A stretch of DNA of 64,000 nucleotides from Planctomycetota bacterium (GTDB lineage: Bacteria; Planctomycetota; UBA11346), in contig JBBQSO010000013.1 in the NCBI GenBank assembly GCA_038213805.1, forward strand, positions 1 to 64,000. The letters are read 5' to 3'. Both the position numbers and the translations under genes were made by a program. The notes beneath the pieces are model-generated. The model worked only from the letters and a program-made list of their open reading frames with translations, was not told where the DNA came from and ran no database searches. Shown piece after piece: positions 12,966 to 22,879 of the stretch (position 1 is the stretch's first letter; the number at the start of each line of letters is the position of its first letter).

Positions 12966-13562
12966 ATGACCGTCAGAGACCTCGTCCTCGCCAGCACCTC
13001 CCGCTACCGCCGCCAGCTGCTGGAAAGGCTCGGCCTGCCCTTCCGTTCTCTCGCCCCGGCCTGCGACGAGGAGGCGCTCAAGGACCCGGCGCTCACCCCC
13101 CAGGCGCTCGCCGAGATGCTGGCCCTGGCCAAGGCGTGCAGCCTGACCGCCGGACTGCCCGCGGCGACCATCATCGGCAGCGACCAGGTCGCGGCGGTGC
13201 AGCTCGACACAGGCTGGCGCATCCTTGGTAAGCCCGGCAGCGCCGCGCGCGCGGTCGAGCAGCTGTTGCTGCTCGCCGGCCGTGAGCACGTGCTCATCAC
13301 CGCCATGACCGTGCTCGATGGCGGCCAGGTCCACGCCCACACCGACGTCACCCGCCTGCGCATGCGGCCGCTCGAACGCGCGCAGCTGGAACGCTACGTG
13401 GCGGCCGACCAGCCGCTCGACTGCGCCGGCGCCTACAAGCTCGAGGCGCGTGGGATCACGCTGTTCGCCGATATTGTCTCGGCCGACCACTCCGCCATCA
13501 CCGGACTGCCGCTGATCGCGCTGACCGCGATCCTGGCGCGCTGCGGCTATGTCATCCCGTGA
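12966..13562 (+). CDS. maf: Maf family nucleoside triphosphate pyrophosphatase (YceF-like)
   Basis: LVLASTSRYRRQLL, GSDQV, GKPG, CAGAYKLE, GLPL. Confidence 0.92.
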   Translation: MTVRDLVLASTSRYRRQLLERLGLPFRSLAPACDEEALKDPALTPQALAEMLALAKACSLTAGLPAATIIGSDQVAAVQLDTGWRILGKPGSAARAVEQLLLLAGREHVLITAMTVLDGGQVHAHTDVTRLRMRPLERAQLERYVAADQPLDCAGAYKLEARGITLFADIVSADHSAITGLPLIALTAILARCGYVIP

Positions 13563-13564
13563 CG

Positions 13565-13594
13565 CACGCTGCGAGACTCGTGGCTCGCAGCGTG
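13565..13594. terminator. 11-bp stem hairpin between convergent genes
   Basis: CACGCTGCGAG-N8-CTCGCAGCGTG; no clear U-tract. Confidence 0.45.
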
Positions 13595-13620
13595 TCCACC
13601 ACCGCCCCGACCCGCGTGGC

Positions 13621-15117
13621 TCACGGCTGCAGGCGGTTGATCTTGTAGCAGAGCTGCGGGTGCTCGAGGGTCGCGCCGTCGGCGGACTTCATGCGCGGAT
13701 CGAGGTCGACCTGGACGATGCGGCCGGGTTCCAGCCCCGCGACCGCGACCGTCGCAGACAGGCCGTCCAAAGCGACCACGATGGCGCCAGCGCTGAGCGC
13801 CACGGTGTCGAGCGGCGGGCTACCATAGTTGTGGGTGTTGCCGAAATGGTATTTGGACAGCTTCCAGCAGGTCGGATCCGCAGCGGCAGTCCGGTCGACC
13901 GGCTTGGTGAAGCTGCATGAGAAGCCGTCCTTGCGCAGCGATATGGTCTTGACCTCGAATGGAACCGTGCCGGTAAAAGTCACACGCTGCAGGCTCTCGG
14001 ACGGCGCGCCCCAGCCGCGCACCGTCTGACCGGTGTAGAGGGTGGCGCCATCGGGACTGAAAATCAGGCGGTTATTTCCGGCGCGCAGGCCATGGGTGAC
14101 GAATTGCACGCAGGCGCCCTGCATCACCCCGTCCACCTCTTCGAGCATCACGCGCAGCAGACGCGTCCCGGCGACGTCGCCCACGATCATCTGACCCGCA
14201 AACGGCCCGAACCGCCCGCCGGTCTGGTCGAAGATCGGCTCGCTCGGCGAGTTGCACATGAAGCCCTCGGGGAACTCCACCGCCGCCGGGGTGCGCATGC
14301 CCTCGATCTCGGCGACCGGCAGATTGAGCGGATCCTTGCCGCTGGCGGCGAAGGCCGGGTCCCACACCAGGCTGGAGGGATGGCCGTAGAAATGATCCTT
14401 CTGGATGTGGAACAATGGCGACGCACCGCGCCAATCGCCCTGGTTGTCGGTGACCCACAGCTTGCCATCGGGGCCAACGGCGATGCCGTTTGGGGCGCGG
14501 AAGCCCTTGGCCCAGGGTGTGAACACCCCCTTGGCGTCGATGTGCGCGATCCAGCCCTTCCACGGCACCGCCGAGAAGTTGCGGCCGCGTCGTCCGATCG
14601 CTGAGAACTCGCCGCGCGTGTTGGTGAACACCGAGCCGTTGTGCGAGGCGGTGCCGATGGCCATCCACCAGCCGCCGCTGCCGTCGGGCGCGATGGTGTT
14701 GGTCTCGTGGTAGTTGCCGCTCATGCCCCAGGCGGAGCAGATGGTCTGGTAGCTATCAGCGATGCCGTCGCCATCGCCGTCGGTGATGCGCGTCAACTCG
14801 TCCATCGACGAGACGATGAGCTCGCGTTTGCTCACCACCTGCAGGCCGCAGATGTTGTGCAGCAGGTCGCTCGAGAACGCGCGCCACGGGAAGGCCGCGG
14901 GGTCAGCGGTCGGCTTGGCCATGAGGATGCCGAAGCGGCGCATCGCCACGACCAGTTCGCCTTCGCTGGTGAAGCCGAGGCCGCCGATCTCTGGAACCAC
15001 GGTCGGCGGGAAGGAGATGGTCTCGACGTGGTAGCTTTCCGCGGCGCCGAGTGGCAGCGCAAGCGCGATCACCAGGGCGACGGTGGAAAAACCAGCGGGA
15101 ATGATGCGGTAGGTCAT
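13621..15117 (-). CDS. Exported beta-propeller protein of the PVC-type membrane-bound sugar dehydrogenase-like family
   Basis: Signal peptide; ELTRITDGDGDGIAD, GNYHE, GFRAPNG, TDNQGDW, FYGHP, FGPFAGQM motifs. Confidence 0.75.
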   Translation of the reverse strand: MTYRIIPAGFSTVALVIALALPLGAAESYHVETISFPPTVVPEIGGLGFTSEGELVVAMRRFGILMAKPTADPAAFPWRAFSSDLLHNICGLQVVSKRELIVSSMDELTRITDGDGDGIADSYQTICSAWGMSGNYHETNTIAPDGSGGWWMAIGTASHNGSVFTNTRGEFSAIGRRGRNFSAVPWKGWIAHIDAKGVFTPWAKGFRAPNGIAVGPDGKLWVTDNQGDWRGASPLFHIQKDHFYGHPSSLVWDPAFAASGKDPLNLPVAEIEGMRTPAAVEFPEGFMCNSPSEPIFDQTGGRFGPFAGQMIVGDVAGTRLLRVMLEEVDGVMQGACVQFVTHGLRAGNNRLIFSPDGATLYTGQTVRGWGAPSESLQRVTFTGTVPFEVKTISLRKDGFSCSFTKPVDRTAAADPTCWKLSKYHFGNTHNYGSPPLDTVALSAGAIVVALDGLSATVAVAGLEPGRIVQVDLDPRMKSADGATLEHPQLCYKINRLQP

Positions 15118-15119
15118 GC

Positions 15120-16184
15120 TCAGCGCGCCACGGGGACGATGGTGAGGGTGAATGCGGCCGCGTCCGCCGCACTCAAGGTCAGCACCACTCCGTCGCGGCG
15201 CCCCTTGTCGCAGGTGATCTGCGCGGAAATGTGCGGATCGAAATGATAGACCAGGCCCTTGGGGGCGCCGCTGGTGGTGATGGCGCAGGTGGCGACGCCG
15301 GGCGCCGCGCCGGGCGCGATGAGCTGGGTGAAGGCCACCGTGCCAAGGCGGTACTCGAGCAGCGGCACGCCGCGCATCTTACGGTAACCGGTGAAGTGTG
15401 GCGTCACGTCTGTGGACCCGGGGATCTCAAGCGGTTCCGCACCATGGGTGACGTAGGCCACCGTGCCCATCACCACCGGCACGTAGTCATTGCCGGCGCG
15501 CGAGCCGCCAGCGCCTGCTCCCCAGTACTTCGTCATGTCCAGGAAACCACCGCTCCAGGTGTAGAGCAGGCGACACTCGGTGGCGTCGAAGCAATACGCC
15601 AAGCCATCACCGAACGACACCGCGATGCCCGACGTCACGCCGACCACCGGCGCCACCGACCCGGCGATGTCCGTGCCCTTCTCGGGGCTGTATTTGGCTG
15701 CGGCCAAACCGCGGTGGTAGTGGGACAGGACCTCGTCACCGACGCCCTGCGTCGGCATGAAGGTCCGCAGCAGCAGCGGCTGCACCGCCGAACCCTTGGG
15801 GAAGGGCGTGACCGTGGTCATGCCCATCGCCGCCACCATCCCGCTGGGCAAGTTCTTGCCGATCAGCGAGAAAGCGTGGTCGGCGACCTGGCTGATCTGC
15901 TCCTTGTTCAGAATCGACTCCCACGCCGGCATGCCCTTGCCGTCGACACCCTTGCTGATGGTCTTCACGATGTCCTCGCGCGTTCCGCCGTGCAGGAACA
16001 CCGTGTCGGTGAGGTTGGGGCCGATCAAGCCGGCCCCTTCCGGACCGTGGCAAGTCGCGCAGTAGGTAACGAAGACGGTGTGCCCGGGGCTGGGTGGCTG
16101 TACCGGGGCGGCATCGGCGGCGGCGAGCACGGCGAGCGGTGCGAGACCTACCATGGCAGCGAACAGGAGCGGCAGGGACGTCAT
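15120..16184 (-). CDS. Exported c-type cytochrome (CcoP-like domain) fused to an uncharacterised beta domain
   Basis: Signal peptide; CATCH heme motif; GPNLTD..FLHGG...GMPAW. Confidence 0.85.
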   Translation of the reverse strand: MTSLPLLFAAMVGLAPLAVLAAADAAPVQPPSPGHTVFVTYCATCHGPEGAGLIGPNLTDTVFLHGGTREDIVKTISKGVDGKGMPAWESILNKEQISQVADHAFSLIGKNLPSGMVAAMGMTTVTPFPKGSAVQPLLLRTFMPTQGVGDEVLSHYHRGLAAAKYSPEKGTDIAGSVAPVVGVTSGIAVSFGDGLAYCFDATECRLLYTWSGGFLDMTKYWGAGAGGSRAGNDYVPVVMGTVAYVTHGAEPLEIPGSTDVTPHFTGYRKMRGVPLLEYRLGTVAFTQLIAPGAAPGVATCAITTSGAPKGLVYHFDPHISAQITCDKGRRDGVVLTLSAADAAAFTLTIVPVAR

Positions 16185-16233
16185 GGGGAGCTGGGACCTG
16201 GGCGGGATGGATGGAGCGGCGGGAGCGGCGGGA

Positions 16234-17169
16234 TCAGATTCCTGCCTCCTTGGCCTGGGCGCGCATGTAGGCAATGGACTTCGCGTAAGCGGCGGCGTCG
16301 CCGCCACCGTTGCTCTCGATGCTCATGCGGCCCTTCCAGCCATGCTTGGCGAGGACGCGGAACCAACCGCGGAAATCGTCGCCAGCGACGCCGGGCATGG
16401 CTCGTTTCAGCTTCTCAGCGATGTGGAAATGACGGAGCAGGGCGATGTGCTTCTCAAGATCGGCAGGCATGTCCCCGGCGAGTACCATGTGGTAGAGGTC
16501 GGCGGTGATGCCGACCGCGGGATGGTTGGCCGGGCCGACCACCGCGGCGACGTCGCCGATGCTGTTGAGGAAGTTGCACTCGCCGACGTTGAGCGGTTCG
16601 ACCGAGACCACCACCTGCTGTGCAGCGGCGAGCGGACCCATGCGCGTGAGCAGCGCGGTGAACTGCTTCGCTGCCTCGTCCTTGGCGAAGCCATCCGGGA
16701 CTTTGCGCGAGCCACCGCTGCCGAAGGTGATGGTGGTGACGCCGCAGGCGCGGGCGCGCTTGAAGGCGGTATCTGCGTAGGCCAGGATGGCGTCGTGGGC
16801 CGCCGCCGGGCCGACCGATTTGAGCGCGCCGGGGATGAAGGTGTTGCAGCAGCGCACCGGTACCACCGAGGCGGCGATCTCGCCCACGTGCTTGGCGAAG
16901 GTGGCGTCGTCCTTGTCGGGCATCAGCAGGTTGCCGACCCCCTCCTCGATGTAGTCGGCCTGGGCCTCTTTGAACATGCCCGCCTTGCCGAGACCGCCGC
17001 ACACGCCGAAGTCGACCGCTGCGCCGGATACGGCTACGGTGGTCGGCGCGGCGTCCGCGGACCACACGCGCAATCCGCCGCAGGCCAGCAGCGCGGCGCT
17101 GCCACCTGCCAAGCGAAGCAGGGCGCGGCGCGAAATCAGTGTGTGCTTCGAAGGGACTGACGACGGCAT
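16234..17169 (-). CDS. Tat-exported sugar phosphate isomerase/epimerase (xylose isomerase-like TIM barrel)
   Basis: SRRALL Tat motif; FGSGGSR, EPLN..ECNF.N, DLYHM, HFHIAE, MSIE. Confidence 0.88.
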   Translation of the reverse strand: MPSSVPSKHTLISRRALLRLAGGSAALLACGGLRVWSADAAPTTVAVSGAAVDFGVCGGLGKAGMFKEAQADYIEEGVGNLLMPDKDDATFAKHVGEIAASVVPVRCCNTFIPGALKSVGPAAAHDAILAYADTAFKRARACGVTTITFGSGGSRKVPDGFAKDEAAKQFTALLTRMGPLAAAQQVVVSVEPLNVGECNFLNSIGDVAAVVGPANHPAVGITADLYHMVLAGDMPADLEKHIALLRHFHIAEKLKRAMPGVAGDDFRGWFRVLAKHGWKGRMSIESNGGGDAAAYAKSIAYMRAQAKEAGI

Positions 17170-17327
17170 GAGCTCTCCAGATCGGGCAGGTGATACCGGG
17201 TGCGCCCTGCGACCGTTGTCCCATGGGCGGAGCACGCGAGGATTCATCCTGCGATGGCGAATCCTAGGGATTTGTGTGCTGCCACGCCGGTAATATCGTC
17301 ACTCCTGCATGCGACGTTTTCGCACTC

Positions 17328-20300
17328 TCACCGTTCCTGCGGCCATGGCAACAGGGTCGCCTGGATCCCGCCGTCCAGCCACCACGCGCGTGGACCCGGC
17401 GCGATCAACCCGACGGCCGCCGGCGCGACCATGTCGAACCGCCAGAGCTGGTTGTCCCCACCGGTGGCGTGGTACTGGTTGATGCGCGCGCCGTCGAGCA
17501 GACTGGCGCCGGTGACGTCGAGCAGTTCGCCGCCATGCTTGCAGGCGATGGTGGACCAGCCGCCCCCCGCGTCCGTGAACGACCAGCGCTGGTTGTCCCC
17601 GCCATTGTCGGTCCATTGGTGCAGGACCACGCTGTCGGCGGTCGAATTTCCAGGCACGTCGAGCACCTTGCCGCTGCGCGCGTTGGTGAAGCGCCAGAAG
17701 CCGCCGCCCATGTCGTCGAGCCGCCAGCGCTGATTGGTGCCGCCGTGGTCGCCCCACTGCTGGATGAAGGTGCCGTCGCGCTGGCCCACGCCCGAACCAT
17801 CGTCGAACAGGTCGAGGAGTTTTCCGCTGTGCTTCGCGGTCACCGTGTAAATGGCACCGGACACCGGCCCTGCCGCCGCCCCACCGCCCACCTGGACGCG
17901 GGTCAGGATCCAGCGCTGGTTGTCATTGCCGTTGTCCTGGTACTGGTGGATGCGCGCGCCGTCGGCCGTGCTGGCGCCGTCGACATCGAGATTCTTGCCG
18001 CTGTTCTGATTGGTGACGCGAAACAGCCCGCCACCCATGTCGGTGAACGACCAGCGCTGGTTGGTGCCGCCGTTCTCGACCCACTGCTGCAAGGCCACAC
18101 TGTTGTTGGTCGAGGCGCCTGGTACATCGAGCACCTTGCCGCTGCCGACGCAGGTCAGACGCCACCAGCCGCCGATCAGGTCGAGCTTCCACTGCTGGTT
18201 GGCCTTGCCGTTGGCTGTCCACTGCTGGACATAGGTGCCGTCCAGATTCAGCGCGCCCGCGCCGTCGTCGAAGACGTCGAGCAGCTTGCCGCTGTGCTTC
18301 GCGGTCAGCGTGTAGGTCGCGCCGCTGACCGGGCCCGTACCGGTGCCGGGCGGCAGCGAACCGATCCACTGCGCGAGCGCCGCCACTGCGGTGGCATCAA
18401 CGACATTGCGCGCCAGGGGCGGCATCTGCCGCGCGGGATCCGTCGTCCCGAGGCGCAGATGCATGATCGAACGGCCCAGGTCGCCCGGCGCCACCACCGC
18501 CGCGCCGGCGATGCCGAAGCTCTCGCGCACGGGGCCATCGATGATGCCCTGACTGGCGAGCGGCGTGTCGAAGCGCCCGTCCCATTGCGCCCCGGTACCG
18601 CCAGGACGGTGGCAGTGTGCGCAGTTGGCGTCGAGGTAGGAGCGCACACGCGCCTCCAGCGGCGCACTGGCGTCGTCGACGGTGACGGTGTGGGCGAATC
18701 CGGCGATGGCGCTCTCGGCCGGTGCGCCACTGAACATCTGCAGATAGCTCCAGGTGCGCAGCTGATTGTCAGAGCGGCCTCCCGGATATGCGAAGACGCC
18801 GTTCAGCTGACGGGTCTTGGGCCCGAGCACGAAGCCGGCGTTGCCGGTATGGCACTGCAGGCACTGGCTGCGCGCCGGGTAATGCCAGGTCTGGGTGTGG
18901 CCACCGCTACCGCTGACGGTGACGACGTCATCCTGGCCGCCATCGCCGACCAGGTCGGCATCGCTGTTGTCGCTGCGCCAGCGGTAGGTCACGCCGTAGC
19001 CGTTGCCGGCATTGGCGCCCTGCACCAGCACGCGCGTTTCGAGCCGGCGCCGCGCGCCGCTGCCGGTGTCGATGACCAGTTCGAAGTGCTTGATGAGGAT
19101 GGTGCCGGCGGGCCACGCGTACTCGCCAGTCGCGGCGAAGCCGATGCGTCCGCCTGTAGGCAGCAGCACCCAGCGCTGCTTCACGGCGTTGTCCGACCAC
19201 AGCGGACTGTTCACGGTGTACGGCACGATGCCGGCCTTGACCTTCAGGCGCGCGACATCGCTGAACAGCCCGGTGGCCGACAGCGTTGCCGGTAACGTAC
19301 CCGATGCGGTCGCGGGCATCGCAACGCCAGTGACCGCAGGCCGGTAGTCGAGGCCATAGGGCGTGCCGCCAGTGATGGTCAGGGCCGCGCTCGTCACCGG
19401 GCTGGCGGACAGCCCGGATTTTTCAGCCTCCGCCTTCACCGTGCGGCTGGCGGAGATCTGGAACGCGCCCGCGTAGGTCGCCGACGAGCCGCCCGGCGTC
19501 GAGCCGTCGGTGGTGTAGTGGATGGCCGCTCCTGGAGTGGGGCTGGTGATCTGCACCCAGATCGGTCCGCTGAAGGTGCCACCGCCCGGGGTGACGATCG
19601 GCGCCTCGACCTGCGCCCGCACCGTGAACGACGCGCTGCCGGCCGCGGTCAGTCCACTGCTGGCGGCGCGCAGTGAAAAACCGCTGCCAGCCGTGTCCAC
19701 GGTCAGACCGGGGAAGGTTGCCACACCCGCCATGGCGGCGCGCGCCAACGTTCCGGAGAGCGTGCTGCCAGCGGTGCCGGAGGAAAGCGACAGCGTCACG
19801 GTTGCGCCCGCGGTGGTCACGACCTGGCCGCTCGCATCCTGGATGGCGACGGAGACCGCCGGGCTGATGGCCGCACCCGCACCGGCATCCGTCGGCTGTT
19901 GCACGAAGGCCAGCTTGGTCGGACCCCCGCCACCGGTGTAGGTGACGCGCCACAACGAACCGGTGCCGCTCGACGTATTGTCCGCGTCGGAGCCACCGCC
20001 GAGACCAGCGCGCGCGATGTACCACAAGCTGCCGTCGGGCGCGATCTGCACGTCGATCGGCCGGTCGATGGCGGTGGCGAAGTCGAGCCGCGTGCCGGGC
20101 TGCGCGGGATCGATGTATTTGATCCAGCCGCGGTAGTCCGAGAAGAAGAAGCGCCCGTCATAGGACGCAGGGAATGCGCCGCTGCCGCGCGCGGCGGGGT
20201 TGTAGAAGTCGCCGCCGCACAGCGCGGTGCCCTGGCCGCCGCCGTGGTCATAGGCGTAGGTCGGCGCACGGTAGTCCGCCGGCACGGTCTGACTGCCCGG

Positions 20301-21110
20301 CGGCCCGTCGATACCCGGCCAGCCGTAGTTGACGGCCTGCGCGGCCGAGCCGGTCTCGTAGCGCTCGATCTGCTCATAATTGGCGCCCACCATGTTCACG
20401 TACAGCAGGCCGGTACCTGGCTGCACGGCGATGGTGAAGGGGTTGCGCAGGCCGAGGGCGACGATCGCACGATTGGTGCCCGAGTACGTGCCGTAATGCG
20501 GGTTGTCGGTCGGGATCGAGCCGTCCTTGTTGAAACGCAGCAGCTTGCCGAGCAGGTTGGCGGAGCTCTGCGCGTAGCCGCCGTTGGCATTCTCGCCGGT
20601 CGACACGTAGAGCTTGCCGTCCTTGCCGAAACGCAGACCGCCACCGTTGTGCCAGCCGACGCTGGAAAGGTCGGTGATCTCGACCAGCACTTGCTGACTG
20701 CCGGGCGCAGCAGTATCGCCGCTGACGGTGAAGCGGGCCACGCGGTTGTGCGAGGCCGGCGCCTTGGCCGTGTAGTAGAGGTAGATCCAGCCGTTGTTCG
20801 CGAAGTCCGGGTCGATGCACACGCTTTCCAGCCCGCGCTCGTTCCAGCTGTCGACACTGCCCGAGATGTCGAGCACCGGCGTTCCCAGCAAAGCGCCGTC
20901 CCTCACCAGGCGCACGCGGCCCGGCTTCTCGCAGAGGAACAGCCGGCCGTCAGCGGCGAAGGCCATGGTCGTGGGGTCGAGGCCGCTGGCGATCCGGGTT
21001 TCGGCGAAACCGCTCGGTAGGGTCGCCGCCGGCAGCGCGGCAGCGCCGACGAGCAGCAGCATGAGCAGGAGTCCGCACGGGGTCGGGAAGGCTGAGCGGG
21101 AAATGGTCAT
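17328..21110 (-). CDS. Exported multidomain protein: PQQ-dependent (GSDH-type) sugar dehydrogenase + Ig/FN3-like + di-heme cytochrome c region + two ricin-B lectin domains
   Basis: ERGL, HNGG.LRFG.DGKLY, GLRNPF, NYGWP; YTTDGSTP; CLQCH and CAHCH; repeated SGKVLDV...QW...NQRW; AGGAG RBS. Confidence 0.9.
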   Translation of the reverse strand: MTISRSAFPTPCGLLLMLLLVGAAALPAATLPSGFAETRIASGLDPTTMAFAADGRLFLCEKPGRVRLVRDGALLGTPVLDISGSVDSWNERGLESVCIDPDFANNGWIYLYYTAKAPASHNRVARFTVSGDTAAPGSQQVLVEITDLSSVGWHNGGGLRFGKDGKLYVSTGENANGGYAQSSANLLGKLLRFNKDGSIPTDNPHYGTYSGTNRAIVALGLRNPFTIAVQPGTGLLYVNMVGANYEQIERYETGSAAQAVNYGWPGIDGPPGSQTVPADYRAPTYAYDHGGGQGTALCGGDFYNPAARGSGAFPASYDGRFFFSDYRGWIKYIDPAQPGTRLDFATAIDRPIDVQIAPDGSLWYIARAGLGGGSDADNTSSGTGSLWRVTYTGGGGPTKLAFVQQPTDAGAGAAISPAVSVAIQDASGQVVTTAGATVTLSLSSGTAGSTLSGTLARAAMAGVATFPGLTVDTAGSGFSLRAASSGLTAAGSASFTVRAQVEAPIVTPGGGTFSGPIWVQITSPTPGAAIHYTTDGSTPGGSSATYAGAFQISASRTVKAEAEKSGLSASPVTSAALTITGGTPYGLDYRPAVTGVAMPATASGTLPATLSATGLFSDVARLKVKAGIVPYTVNSPLWSDNAVKQRWVLLPTGGRIGFAATGEYAWPAGTILIKHFELVIDTGSGARRRLETRVLVQGANAGNGYGVTYRWRSDNSDADLVGDGGQDDVVTVSGSGGHTQTWHYPARSQCLQCHTGNAGFVLGPKTRQLNGVFAYPGGRSDNQLRTWSYLQMFSGAPAESAIAGFAHTVTVDDASAPLEARVRSYLDANCAHCHRPGGTGAQWDGRFDTPLASQGIIDGPVRESFGIAGAAVVAPGDLGRSIMHLRLGTTDPARQMPPLARNVVDATAVAALAQWIGSLPPGTGTGPVSGATYTLTAKHSGKLLDVFDDGAGALNLDGTYVQQWTANGKANQQWKLDLIGGWWRLTCVGSGKVLDVPGASTNNSVALQQWVENGGTNQRWSFTDMGGGLFRVTNQNSGKNLDVDGASTADGARIHQYQDNGNDNQRWILTRVQVGGGAAAGPVSGAIYTVTAKHSGKLLDLFDDGSGVGQRDGTFIQQWGDHGGTNQRWRLDDMGGGFWRFTNARSGKVLDVPGNSTADSVVLHQWTDNGGDNQRWSFTDAGGGWSTIACKHGGELLDVTGASLLDGARINQYHATGGDNQLWRFDMVAPAAVGLIAPGPRAWWLDGGIQATLLPWPQER

Positions 21111-21176
21111 GGAGGTCTCCTGACGCACGGGGGCGCGCGCCGGATCCGCTCCGGCGTGCGCATGCGCCATCACCTA

Positions 21177-21203
21177 GTGGCAGCCGCCCCCCCGACCGTA
21201 ACG
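21177..21203 (-). promoter_or_regulatory. Candidate ECF sigma promoter CGTTAC-N16-GCCAC upstream of the dehydrogenase gene
   Basis: Same bipartite motif and spacing found upstream of the ECF gene. Confidence 0.5.
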
Positions 21204-21352
21204 AGTTTTTCCCGCTGCTCGGCAGGTACGGCGGGGCGAACGGCAACGCGTTGGTGATGGGCACTGTGCCGGAATGGTCGACCGCGGCGCGCGACAGCCT
21301 GGTCGCGCTGGACCCGACGCTCGCGGCGTTCGCGATGCGCAACCTGGAGGAA

Positions 21353-22879
21353 TCAGCGCGCGGGGCTGGCGCCGTGTGCGGCCGCGAACGCCTCCAGGCG
21401 CGCGCTGAGCGCCGCGTCGTCCAGTTCACCGCGCACCAGTTCAACGGCCGCGAGGTCGCCCATGAACGCCTGATGGTCGATAATGCTGCCGAACTGCAGA
21501 GTCGAGATGCGCGGCGGCGGCGGTCGGCCTCGGCCGCTCGCCATCACGCCGCCCGGCGCGCGGAGGGTGACGGTGCCGTCCGCGCGCCAGCGGCAGGCCA
21601 GCGCCAGCGCCTGACCCGCCGAGACGGGCAACCCGGCAATCTCGTCGCCGTCGACGAGCACCGCCATGCGGAACGTTCCGGCTCCGCCCAGGCGGACCAG
21701 CGCGAGGTCTTCGCCGCCGTCCGCGCTGAGCACCACCGCACGGTGGCCGGCGCCGAATTCGCGCACCATGGCCACCACCAGCAGCGTCAGCCCTGCGCGC
21801 GCGTCGCCCGGCGGCAGGGGCGCGGTGAGGCACTGGTTGTGGTCATCGAAGCTCACCCAGCGTCGACCCGCGATGGTGCGCGTGGTCGGCATCTCGTGGA
21901 CCTTGCCGACCGCGGCCGCCAATCCGCTGCCAGCCGGCGCGCTGGCACGCCAGTCGCTGACGTGTTCGCCGTTCATGATCAGCGCGTCGGGCGCGGCCGC
22001 ATCGAACGATGCCACGATCTGCGCAGGTGCGGTGGGCGGCGCGGCGTGCGCCTGCCCGCCCGCGGCGACCACCACCTCCGCCCGGCCGGCAGCGAGGAAG
22101 CGCACCCGGCCGCTGGCCACCTCAAGGTCGCTGCCCGCTGCGCCATGGCCGATGCGGAACGAAGTACCGACCACCACCGCCTCGGCCAGCGGGGTATCGA
22201 TCGCGAGGGGCGCCTGCACGTCCTGCTTGGCGGCGACCACCGCGATGCCGCCTTCATCCAGGCCGAGCCACGTGCCGGAACGGCCGCCGACGCGCAAGGT
22301 GATCGCGGTGTCAAAAGTGAGCCGCGTGCCGGGCGCCAGGACGATGCGCGAGCCATCGCGCAGGCGCACCGTGGCCTCGCCCGTGGCCACCAGCGCATCG
22401 CCAGGCATGAGGATGCGGCCGACGTCGGCGGGCGCGCCCGCGCAGCGCAGACCCTGAGCCGCGACCACCTCGGCCCACGGCCCGGGACGGCCCGGCGCGT
22501 GCAGCACCACCAGGGCTACGATACCCACGCAGAGCGCAGCCAGGCCCAGCAGCACGGGCAGCCGCGGGACGCCGCGCCGCACGGGCTGGCGGCGCCAGGC
22601 CGCAGAGCCGGGACCCGCACTGCGTCGCACGTGCGTGGCGGTGATGGGGAGGTGCGCGGCGACGGCCGGGCGCCGCGCGGCGACCGGAACCTCGGCGGGC
22701 GACTCCGCAACCGCCGCGCCGAGCAGCAGGCGGTGTGCTCGCACCGCCGCGGCGAAAGCTCCACGACAGTCCGCACAACCGCGCAAATGGGCGACCAGCC
22801 GCTCCTGCTCCACCGCCTGCGAGTCACCATCGAGGGTCGGCCAGAACAGCTCGCGGACCGTCACGCACGGGTCGTTCAT
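21353..22879 (-). CDS. Anti-sigma factor: zinc-finger (ZAS) + TM + FecR domain + LamG/ConA-like domain
   Basis: HLRGCADC (HxxxCxxC); TM segment; DGSRIVL, TPLAEAVVVGTSF, VASGRV; C-terminal F.GDLAAV; ATGA overlap with the sigma gene. Confidence 0.85.
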   Translation of the reverse strand: MNDPCVTVRELFWPTLDGDSQAVEQERLVAHLRGCADCRGAFAAAVRAHRLLLGAAVAESPAEVPVAARRPAVAAHLPITATHVRRSAGPGSAAWRRQPVRRGVPRLPVLLGLAALCVGIVALVVLHAPGRPGPWAEVVAAQGLRCAGAPADVGRILMPGDALVATGEATVRLRDGSRIVLAPGTRLTFDTAITLRVGGRSGTWLGLDEGGIAVVAAKQDVQAPLAIDTPLAEAVVVGTSFRIGHGAAGSDLEVASGRVRFLAAGRAEVVVAAGGQAHAAPPTAPAQIVASFDAAAPDALIMNGEHVSDWRASAPAGSGLAAAVGKVHEMPTTRTIAGRRWVSFDDHNQCLTAPLPPGDARAGLTLLVVAMVREFGAGHRAVVLSADGGEDLALVRLGGAGTFRMAVLVDGDEIAGLPVSAGQALALACRWRADGTVTLRAPGGVMASGRGRPPPPRISTLQFGSIIDHQAFMGDLAAVELVRGELDDAALSARLEAFAAAHGASPAR

